Assembly: GCA_902599315.1 (NCBI GenBank)
Contig: CACKEY010000002.1
Coordinates: 70,299-134,298, forward strand
Source of the DNA: an uncultured SAR86 cluster bacterium
Lineage (GTDB): Bacteria; Pseudomonadota; Gammaproteobacteria; Magnimaribacterales; D2472
Reading direction: 5' to 3'
DNA: 64,000 bases
The position numbers were made by a program, and so were the translations under genes. Shown here piece by piece: positions 46,665 through 56,027 of the stretch; position 1 is the first letter of the stretch, and each line of letters begins with the position of its first letter. The notes below the pieces were generated by a model. It ran no database searches and was not told the origin of the DNA. It worked only from the letters and a program-made list of their open reading frames with translations.

Positions 46665-47474
46665 CTAAGATGAAGGAAATGTTGGCATAAAGTCTTTATC
46701 TTCTGACCAGTACAAAGTGTATCCATTGTATAAATCCGTTGCATCTCCGCAGGATGCAAATTCACTAAAAATTGGAAACATTTCGTCTCTGACGTTTGCT
46801 TCAAATGCTTCCGTGGCTTGATCCATTGATTCTTTGCTATTGGTAAAATTTCCCCACAAAAAACCCTCTTCATTCCCTTGTTGGAAATAATTACCGTAAT
46901 GATATGAAGTACCTTCATAACCGCCTTTGTTCACTGCATTATTAAATCCGGCTAAAAACCCTAATGCGTCCTCTTTTGAGCCTCCATTTTCGTATTCACA
47001 AAAAAGAATTTCAGCGTAAAAATATCCTGACTCTGGTAATTCGCCAAAAGCATTTGATGCCATAGGATAAGCTGTATCGAATGATTGCCTATTTTCTCCA
47101 TCACAATCTAATACAGTGCTATATTTTTCTTCCCATTCAGCAGCATCCTCATTCTGTGACCATGCTTCCCATGCAATATTTGCGTCATCCTGAGATGTCC
47201 ATTGCAATTCCCACCAAATGGTATCCTCAGATGAATTTGTTGCAACTGCTGGTGCATAGCCCCAAGATCCGACAAGACTATCGCCCTCAAGTAGCTGTTG
47301 CCACTCACCAATCATGCTTGTCATTGTTGCTGTGCTCTGATCAGGACCAGCCTTGCAAGCCATGAACTCTGTAAAATATGTTTGGGTAATATCAGTATTG
47401 ATGTTTTCAGGATTCTCAACTGCACAATTTGTTATGAATCCTGCTGTTAGTATGCAGATTATAATTTTTTTCAT
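46665..47474 (-). CDS. acidic Trp-rich lipoprotein with two ABM/Dabb-like half-repeats; function unknown
   Basis: N-terminal signal with Cys (FITNC). There is an internal duplication (see finding). Confidence 0.5.
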   Translation of the reverse strand: MKKIIICILTAGFITNCAVENPENINTDITQTYFTEFMACKAGPDQSTATMTSMIGEWQQLLEGDSLVGSWGYAPAVATNSSEDTIWWELQWTSQDDANIAWEAWSQNEDAAEWEEKYSTVLDCDGENRQSFDTAYPMASNAFGELPESGYFYAEILFCEYENGGSKEDALGFLAGFNNAVNKGGYEGTSYHYGNYFQQGNEEGFLWGNFTNSKESMDQATEAFEANVRDEMFPIFSEFASCGDATDLYNGYTLYWSEDKDFMPTFPSS

Positions 47475-47599
47475 ATCTCTCCAGATAATTTTTTAATAAC
47501 TTTATTTTCTCACTTAAATTATGTATGTCAAATTTATACACATAATTGTGGAAGCAAAATAGCAAAGTTATTTAGTAGAAGTTTTTTTATTTATTAATA

Positions 47600-47818
47600 T
47601 TAGCCTCGAAGACTATTGAATACTTCATAAATTGACTCATCACCTTGTATGTTGAGAAACAAATAACAAAAGAAAATCCACTGGAGAATAAGTACAGTGT
47701 TTAATACCCTTAGAGTTAACTTCCACCTGCCTTTAGCAACAAAATTTAAATATAGGATCATAATTGAATAAATAGCTAGGGAAGCTATCTCGAAATGTTG
47801 CATGTAACTATGAAACAT
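47600..47818 (-). CDS. hypothetical small membrane protein
   Basis: 72 aa with two hydrophobic helices. No clear RBS and no similarity that I recognise. Confidence 0.3.
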   Translation of the reverse strand: MFHSYMQHFEIASLAIYSIMILYLNFVAKGRWKLTLRVLNTVLILQWIFFCYLFLNIQGDESIYEVFNSLRG

Positions 47819-48021
47819 TTTTAACCATCAAATTAAGGCGGATGTTTTTCATAAATCACACATCAAATGTATCTGTAGATAAGCATTAGTAATACAACAC
47901 CAATAAATATTTTTATTAAATTTTTTTTAAAGGGGTCCATATCCCCAATAAATACTTTTAATAACTTTTTAGTATCAATATCGTCCATTTCTAAATAATA
48001 CACTAAAAATTATTACACGAG

Positions 48022-48110
48022 TGGGCTCAATATGGACTCAACTAGGGACTCATTTTGAAATTTTATTTATTGATTCTTTTGGCTCTAATTGGACTCCTCA
48101 TGGACTCAAT
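48022..48110. repeat. two triplets of helically phased GGACTCA-type heptamer direct repeats
   Basis: CTC cores start at 48026, 48037, 48049 and at 48083, 48094, 48105 (spacings 11, 12, 11, 11 bp). A 28-bp A/T tract separates the triplets. Confidence 0.6.
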
Positions 48111-48111
48111 G

Positions 48112-48151
48112 CCAAGAAAAAGAACCCTATAAACATTGTATCTATAGGGTT
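48112..48151 (-). terminator. rho-independent terminator downstream of tRNA-Glu
   Basis: Stem AACCCTATA / TATAGGGTT (48123-48131 and 48143-48151), followed on the - strand by TCTTTTTCTT. Confidence 0.55.
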
Positions 48152-48162
48152 GTCAAAGAAAT

Positions 48163-48238
48163 TGGCATCCCGTAGGGGAGTCGAACCCCTGTTGCCGAGA
48201 TGAAAACCCGGTGTCCTAGGCCTCTAGACGAACGGGAC
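48163..48238 (-). tRNA. tRNA-Glu (anticodon UUC)
   Basis: The reverse complement GTCCCGTTCGTCTAGAGGCCTAGGACACCGGGTTTTCATCTCGGCAACAGGGGTTCGACTCCCCTACGGGATGCCA folds as a cloverleaf. Anticodon loop TTTTCAT, encoded CCA, close to E. coli tRNA-Glu. Confidence 0.95.
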
Positions 48239-48250
48239 TAGATTGCGGCA

Positions 48251-48279
48251 ATTATAAAACCTAAAAAAGTTAATGAAAA
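48251..48279 (-). promoter_or_regulatory. putative sigma70 promoter for tRNA-Glu
   Basis: On the - strand: -35 TTTTCA (48279-48274), a 17-nt spacer and a perfect -10 TATAAT (48256-48251). A GC-rich discriminator TGCCGC follows, and the tRNA 5' end lies 12 nt after the -10. Confidence 0.45.
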
Positions 48280-48290
48280 CCCTTGAAGGT

Positions 48291-49016
48291 TTATTTAATT
48301 CTATTATTTATAGCTTTTAAAAAGCCACGTAAAAAATTTCCCTCCATCTGATCGGGATAAAGTCTTCGAAACATTCTTTCCATTCTAGTCATGATTTGCT
48401 TTGGATTTTCTGGATCTACAAGTTCTAAAACTGTAACCGTATCTTCAAAGTGTTTAATAAGATTATTCAATTCCTCTGAGGTGTAAGCTGGAAAATCTTG
48501 CCATTTGCTCACGGGATCATTTTGTGAAGCCTGATAAAGCTCATAGCAAATCACCTGAGCTGACATTGCAATGTTTAAAACAGGATATTCTGGATGCGCA
48601 GGAATGATAAGATGCTTGTTAGCTAATTGTAATTCTTCATTGGTAAGCCCCCTATCCTCGCGACCAAATAAAATAGATACCTCAATTTTATTGGTAACTA
48701 ATTCATGAATCTCATCAGCTGCATCTCTTGCTGTTACAATTGGCCAATCTATGGCACGCTCTCTGGCTGAGGTTGCATAAATTACTTTTGAATGTTGCAC
48801 AGCGCTTTCAATGGAAGTAAATGTTTTAGCTTTATTTAAAATATCAACTGCGTTGCCAGCTAGAGCAATTGCTTCTTGATGAGGAAATTTCTTCGGGTTG
48901 ATAAGAGCTAGATTATTTAAACCCATGTTTTTCATTGCTCTGACCACCGAACCAATATTTCCTGGGTGCGATGTTTCAACCAAAACTATTTGAACAAGAC
49001 TATTCATAGCATTCAT
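48291..49016 (-). CDS. trmJ: tRNA (cytidine/uridine-2'-O)-methyltransferase, SpoU/TrmJ type
   Basis: IVLVETSHPGNIGSVVRAMKNMG plus C-terminal SPOUT knot motifs (LFGREDRGLTNEEL, IPAHPEYPVLNIAMSAQV). Divergent from suhB, as in enterobacteria. Confidence 0.85.
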   Translation of the reverse strand: MNAMNSLVQIVLVETSHPGNIGSVVRAMKNMGLNNLALINPKKFPHQEAIALAGNAVDILNKAKTFTSIESAVQHSKVIYATSARERAIDWPIVTARDAADEIHELVTNKIEVSILFGREDRGLTNEELQLANKHLIIPAHPEYPVLNIAMSAQVICYELYQASQNDPVSKWQDFPAYTSEELNNLIKHFEDTVTVLELVDPENPKQIMTRMERMFRRLYPDQMEGNFLRGFLKAINNRIK

Positions 49017-49052
49017 ATAACTATTATCGTCATTTCCGCTACAATATGCGAC

Positions 49053-49853
49053 ATGTCAAAACCTGCATTGCTAAATGTAGCTATCATTGCTGCAAACATC
49101 GGAGCTGCTGAGCTAGAATTTGCTGTGAAAAAAGTTCATAAACTCGATGTCATGAAAAAGGGCCCTACCGATTATGTGACTGAAGTTGATCAAAGAGTTG
49201 AAACAATGGTGTTTGAAAAAATCAAAGAATACTACCCAAATGATAACTTCCTTGGTGAAGAGTCCGGGCATGAAATAAATACTTCAGATACAACTTGGAT
49301 TTTAGATCCCATTGATGGAACCACTAACTTTATTCATGGTTATCCTCAGTATTGCATTTCGCTTGCTTGCGTTGTGAATGAACAAACTCAACATGCTGTC
49401 ATAATTGATCCAACCCGAAGAGAAGAGTTTAGTGCATCAAAAGGAAAGGGAGCTGAATTAAATGGAGAGAGAATTAGAGTGAGCAACAGAAATGGACTGA
49501 AAGATGCATTAATAGGTAACACATCACATGTTAACGCAACACAAAATTATAACTTTGAAAATATTGCTACATTCAGAGCGCTCTACAAACATAGCCTAAC
49601 AATTAGAAGATCAGGATGTTCTGCTTTGGATTTGGCCTATGTTGCAGCAGGAAGATTAGATGGATTTTGGGCTAATGGGCTTGGAGTTTGGGATGTAGCT
49701 GCTGGAATGTTAATTGCTGAAGAAGCTGGCGCATTAACCAGTGATTTTCTAGGCAATCCTAATTACAAAAAAAGTGATCATTATTTATGCGCATCTCCGA
49801 AATGCTTCAAACCCATGCTGGAGGCCATCAAGCCGAACTTTACCGCCAATTAA
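49053..49853 (+). CDS. suhB: inositol monophosphatase family protein
   Basis: FLGEESG, WILDPIDGTTNF and WDVAAG motifs. The track start at 48966 would overlap trmJ; the ATG at 49053 is preferred. Confidence 0.85.
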   Translation: MSKPALLNVAIIAANIGAAELEFAVKKVHKLDVMKKGPTDYVTEVDQRVETMVFEKIKEYYPNDNFLGEESGHEINTSDTTWILDPIDGTTNFIHGYPQYCISLACVVNEQTQHAVIIDPTRREEFSASKGKGAELNGERIRVSNRNGLKDALIGNTSHVNATQNYNFENIATFRALYKHSLTIRRSGCSALDLAYVAAGRLDGFWANGLGVWDVAAGMLIAEEAGALTSDFLGNPNYKKSDHYLCASPKCFKPMLEAIKPNFTAN

Positions 49854-50764
49854 GGCATATCATCAAACTCAGCACCCTCAGGTTCTGGGATTGCTAAGTC
49901 ATCTTGGGTTATAGAAAGCCCAAGCAGCATATTTGCAACGACATAGATCGATGAATAGGTCCCAATCAAAACACCGATTATTAAAGCCTGACTAAAACCT
50001 CGAATCATATCGCCGCCAAATATAAATAGCGCCAACAAAACAAGCAAAGTTGTTAATGAGGTAATGAGTGTTCTTGCAAGGGTTTGATTTATTGAACGAT
50101 TAACTATTTCTTCAGGCTCAAAGCCTCTTTCTCCTCTAAAATTTTCCCTCATTCTGTCTGAGACAACTATCGTGTCATTTAATGAGTAGCCAATAACAGC
50201 TAACAATGCTGCAAGAACAGTAAGGTCAAAATCCCACGATAAAATAGAAAACAAGCCCAAGATAATTACGACATCATGAGCAAGCGCTGCCACAGCTCCT
50301 AAAGCAAATTTATATTGAAATCTAAAAGCCACATACAGCAAGATCATACCCAAGGCCACTAACATACCAAGACCACCCTGATCTCTTAGCTCTGAACCTA
50401 TTTGAGGACCCACAAACTCAATTCTTTTAAGTTCTGTTGACGAATCTGCATCTTGTAGAAATTTGTAAATGACATCTCCAAGTTGGCTGTTGCCATCTTT
50501 ATCTGCAACTTTGATTAAAACATCAGAATTAGAGCCAAAATTAACAACTTGAAAATCATCAAACCCATTGTTAAGCATCAAGTCTCTTATATCAGACAAA
50601 TCAGCTGCATCATCGTAGGAAACTTCTATCAAGGTTCCGCCGCTAAAATCCAAACCTAAATTCAACCCTTTGAAACTCAGAGATCCAATAGATAGTATGA
50701 GTAATGCCAAAGAACCTATAGTTGCAAATCTTCGATAGCTCATGAATTTAATATCTAGATTCAT
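49850..50764 (-). CDS. secF: protein translocase subunit SecF
   Basis: LGLDFSGGT, GPQIG and SLNDTIVVSDRMRE motifs. It follows secD with a 1-nt overlap. Confidence 0.95.
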   Translation of the reverse strand: MNLDIKFMSYRRFATIGSLALLILSIGSLSFKGLNLGLDFSGGTLIEVSYDDAADLSDIRDLMLNNGFDDFQVVNFGSNSDVLIKVADKDGNSQLGDVIYKFLQDADSSTELKRIEFVGPQIGSELRDQGGLGMLVALGMILLYVAFRFQYKFALGAVAALAHDVVIILGLFSILSWDFDLTVLAALLAVIGYSLNDTIVVSDRMRENFRGERGFEPEEIVNRSINQTLARTLITSLTTLLVLLALFIFGGDMIRGFSQALIIGVLIGTYSSIYVVANMLLGLSITQDDLAIPEPEGAEFDDMP

Positions 50765-52626
50765 TAGACTCTGAGCTCCTTTAAATTTTTATTTCCATAC
50801 ATAATATTAATGATGGCTCTTGTACCCAAGATAGCTGTGAACATTGAAGTTAAGATTCCAATCGATAAAGTAATAGCAAAACCTTTGACTGGACCCGTAC
50901 CGATTGCATAAAGAATTATGGAAGCTATCAAAGTTGTTACATTTGCATCAACAATGGTTACAAAGGCTCTAGAAAAACCTTCTCGGATTGCCGTTTGAGG
51001 TTCTTTGCCAGCTTTAAGCTCTTCCCTAATACGGGAAAAAATCAAAACATTAGCATCAACAGCCATACCAATTGTTAAAACAATACCTGCAATACCAGGA
51101 AGCGTTAAAGTGGCACCCAACAAAGACATAAAACCAGTTATCAAAACAACATTCGCAAAAAGAGCTATATTCGCTGCCAGTCCAAACCAGCGGTAGTAAA
51201 AGAGCATAAATGCTATCACTGACAGCAACCCAATGATGATAGATCTAACTCCGAGTTCAATATTCTCTTTACCTAAACTCGGACCAACCGTCCTTTCTTC
51301 CACAAACTTCATGGGTGCAGCAAGAGCACCAGCACGTAACAGCAAAGCTAGCTCACTGGCTTCTTGCGGTGATCCAACCCCAGTAATCCTAAAATTTGTT
51401 CCAAGCACCGCTTGAACAGTTGCCAAACTTATTATTTTTTTCTCAATATAAGAAGACTGCTCGATAACATCTTCTCCGTTTGAATCTTTTTTCAAAACAG
51501 ATTTATTTTTTTGCTCTACAAACAAAACACCAAGGCGTCTGCCTATATTTCCATTAGTAGCTTTTTGCATCGATCTTCCACCCTGCATATCGAGAGTAAT
51601 ATTGACTTGCGCAAAGCCACTTTCATCAAAACCCGAATTAGCATTAGTGACTCTCTCACCGCCAACGATAATATTTTTTTCTAAAAAAGCGGAGCCCATT
51701 CTTTGATCTTGAAAATCAAATTCTTCTTTTCTTAATCTAGAAGAGGTAGATGCAGCTTCAAGCCTGAACTCTAAATTAGCAGTTTTACCAATGATTTTTT
51801 TTGCTGCTGTAGTATCTTGAACTCCAGGCAACTGAACAACGATTCTGCTGCTTCCTTGACGTTGAACGATCGGCTCACTAACGCCTAGCTCGTTCACTCT
51901 GTTGCGCAGAGTCATGAGATTTTGTCCAACCGCATAATCTCTTATTTCTTTAATTGCAGACTGGGAATAGGATAATTCCATCAGATTTCTTAATGCATTT
52001 GGTCTTAAATCAAATAAAGACGTACCAAGAGGTGTAACGTTATCTTGAGTAAAAATTTTTAATGCTTTTGAGTAATCTTCATCGCTACTAAATGAAAATA
52101 ATAAATCTTTATTGTCCTTTCTTGAGCTCTCAACATTAATCCGATCATCTCGAAATTTTTTTCTATATTCATTCAACAAAGATTCAAGACGGTTGTCCAA
52201 AGCGCTATCAATATCAACTTCAAGTAGAAAATGCACACCTCCTGATAAATCGAGACCAAGCTTCAAAGGTCCTCCACCAATATCTCTCAACCATTGGGGA
52301 GTTGAAGGTTCAAGATTTAAAGCAACAATTGCTTGATCGAGTAATGCTCTCTGCAAAGCAGCCTTACCAGCAAGCTGATCATCCAAGGAGTTAAATTTAG
52401 CAACAATGTTGTTTTCTTTTAATCCAACAGATTCAGTTCCAATATCTTTATTGTCTAAAATTTCTCTAACTTGAATTAATAATTGCTGATCTGCAGACTT
52501 GCCTGAATCAGTATAGGCAATTTGAATAGCTGGTTTGGCAGGATATAAATTGGGTAAGGAATAGATAATGCCAATGGACAGAACTGACAAAATAAATACA
52601 TAAGTCCATATTGAAAATCTATTCAT
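50764..52626 (-). CDS. secD: protein translocase subunit SecD
   Basis: LGLDLSGGVHF, VGPSLG and IGMAVDANVLIFSRIREE motifs. Confidence 0.95.
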   Translation of the reverse strand: MNRFSIWTYVFILSVLSIGIIYSLPNLYPAKPAIQIAYTDSGKSADQQLLIQVREILDNKDIGTESVGLKENNIVAKFNSLDDQLAGKAALQRALLDQAIVALNLEPSTPQWLRDIGGGPLKLGLDLSGGVHFLLEVDIDSALDNRLESLLNEYRKKFRDDRINVESSRKDNKDLLFSFSSDEDYSKALKIFTQDNVTPLGTSLFDLRPNALRNLMELSYSQSAIKEIRDYAVGQNLMTLRNRVNELGVSEPIVQRQGSSRIVVQLPGVQDTTAAKKIIGKTANLEFRLEAASTSSRLRKEEFDFQDQRMGSAFLEKNIIVGGERVTNANSGFDESGFAQVNITLDMQGGRSMQKATNGNIGRRLGVLFVEQKNKSVLKKDSNGEDVIEQSSYIEKKIISLATVQAVLGTNFRITGVGSPQEASELALLLRAGALAAPMKFVEERTVGPSLGKENIELGVRSIIIGLLSVIAFMLFYYRWFGLAANIALFANVVLITGFMSLLGATLTLPGIAGIVLTIGMAVDANVLIFSRIREELKAGKEPQTAIREGFSRAFVTIVDANVTTLIASIILYAIGTGPVKGFAITLSIGILTSMFTAILGTRAIINIMYGNKNLKELRV

Positions 52627-52636
52627 AATTTTTTTA

Positions 52637-52948
52637 TTAATTTATAGATGCAATGGTGCCCTTGGGCAAAGTATTAGATATAGCGCTTTTTTGAAGTTTA
52701 AAAGTAATATTTTCACTGACTTCAATAGAAACATAAGGCCCATTGATGTCTTTAATACGTCCTATGATTCCTCCGGCAGCAACAACTTCATCGCCTTTTT
52801 CAAGACCATCCATCATGCTTTGCAATGCTTTCATGCGTTTTTGCTGGGGTCGAATAGTCATAAAATACATCAAAGCCAAAAACCCTAAAAAAAATACGAT
52901 TATTGGATCTGGTAACCACCAGGGTAAAAGTTGCTGTGTTTCATTCAT
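52637..52948 (-). CDS. yajC: preprotein translocase subunit YajC
   Basis: MYFMTIRPQQKRMK...L.KGDEVV..GGIIGRI pattern, positioned between tgt and secD. Confidence 0.9.
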   Translation of the reverse strand: MNETQQLLPWWLPDPIIVFFLGFLALMYFMTIRPQQKRMKALQSMMDGLEKGDEVVAAGGIIGRIKDINGPYVSIEVSENITFKLQKSAISNTLPKGTIASIN

Positions 52949-52957
52949 ACAATCTCC

Positions 52958-55091
<2,134 letters not shown>

Positions 55092-55103
55092 GCGAGGAGC
55101 TAA

Positions 55104-55132
55104 TTCTAAAAGATGTTGAACTCGGCTACAAT
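55104..55132 (+). promoter_or_regulatory. possible promoter for tRNA-Leu (and proBA)
   Basis: -10-like TACAAT at 55127-55132 lies 9 nt before the tRNA 5' end, with a GC-rich discriminator GACCGCCG. The -35 is poor (TTCTAA). Confidence 0.3.
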
Positions 55133-55141
55133 GACCGCCGT

Positions 55142-55226
55142 GCCCCATTGGCGGAACTGGTAGACGCGCGCGATTCAAAATCGCGTTCCTTCGGGAGTAC
55201 CTGTTCGACTCAGGTATGGGGCACCA
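55142..55226 (+). tRNA. tRNA-Leu (anticodon CAA)
   Basis: GCCCCATTGGCGGAACTGGTAGACGCGCGCGATTCAAAATCGCGTTCCTTCGGGAGTACCTGTTCGACTCAGGTATGGGGCACCA. 7-bp acceptor stem, anticodon loop TTCAAAA, long variable arm, encoded CCA. Confidence 0.95.
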
Positions 55227-55244
55227 TTATACTTAAGAGAAAAA

Positions 55245-56027
55245 ATGAGAGATGTTGGGCAATATAATCGAATAGTCATAAAAGTGGGCTCTGCTCTTAT
55301 TGCTCAACCTAATGGCAAACTGAATCAAGAGATTCTTGCAGCAATTTGTGAAGATGTAGCCTGGCTATTAAAAAAAGATAAAGAAATTTTAATCGTTTCT
55401 TCTGGTGCAATTGCTTTGGGAAGAAAAAAAATTAAGACATCTTCGAATCTTACTCTCGCAGACTCTCAAGCAATGGCTGCCCATGGTCAGATTGAATTAA
55501 TGTTAGCATGGAAAAGACAACTGAATAAATTTTCTATTCCCATCGGTCAAATGCTTTTGACCCCTAGGGATACTGAAATCAAAATTTCATCGCAAAATGC
55601 AAAACAGACAGTTACCAAACTCATACAGATGGGCTGCTTGCCAATTATTAACGAAAACGACAGCACCGCAACTGATGAGATTAAATTTGGTGACAATGAC
55701 TTATTAGCAGCAAAAGTTGCAAAACTAGTAAATGCTGATTTGTTAGTTGTCTTGTCAACCATTGATGGGCTTTATACCTCGCAAGAGAATATATTTTCAA
55801 AAAAATCAGGTGTCTTGGTAACAGAAGTATCTAAAATTAACGCTAAAATAAAAAAAATGGCAGGCGAAGCAAGTTACATGGGTAAAGGCGGAATGATTTC
55901 AAAAATTGAAGCAGCGGAGATTTGTTTAAAAAATAACTGTGTAATGGTAATTACATCAGGTAATAATAAGAAACCAATCAGGGGTCTTTCTAAAAGAAAA
56001 AAATCAACATGGTTTATAAAGAAATGA
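55245..56027 (+). CDS. proB: glutamate 5-kinase (short form without PUA domain)
   Basis: IVIKVGSALI, ILIVSSGAIALG, PIINENDSTATDEIKFGDNDLLAA and GKGGMISKIEAA motifs. Length is 260 aa. Confidence 0.9.
   Translation: MRDVGQYNRIVIKVGSALIAQPNGKLNQEILAAICEDVAWLLKKDKEILIVSSGAIALGRKKIKTSSNLTLADSQAMAAHGQIELMLAWKRQLNKFSIPIGQMLLTPRDTEIKISSQNAKQTVTKLIQMGCLPIINENDSTATDEIKFGDNDLLAAKVAKLVNADLLVVLSTIDGLYTSQENIFSKKSGVLVTEVSKINAKIKKMAGEASYMGKGGMISKIEAAEICLKNNCVMVITSGNNKKPIRGLSKRKKSTWFIKK

Noticed and set aside
46643-46918. 91-aa alternate-frame ORF overlapping the 3' part of the lipoprotein gene
   Set aside because: It is on the same strand but in a different frame from a longer ORF that has a signal peptide and an internal repeat structure. 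It would also overlap the alpha-E stop.
48021-48203. 60-aa + strand ORF (GTG start) spanning the repeat array and entering tRNA-Glu
   Set aside because: It overlaps the tRNA and its terminator, has no RBS, and its sequence is dictated by the DNA repeats (WTQLGTH / NWTPHGLN). I treat it as non-coding.
48966-49052. Upstream extension of suhB overlapping the trmJ 5' end
   Set aside because: SuhB homology starts at MSKPALLNVAI (ATG at 49053). The extension is a low-complexity read-through of the divergent promoter region and trmJ start.
55092-55178. N-terminal extension of the queA ORF (track start 55178, MNRARLPVPPMGHGGHC...)
   Set aside because: It starts with a TTG and runs antisense through tRNA-Leu (55142-55226). 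QueA homology begins at MKTEKFNYTLPEHL (ATG at 55091).
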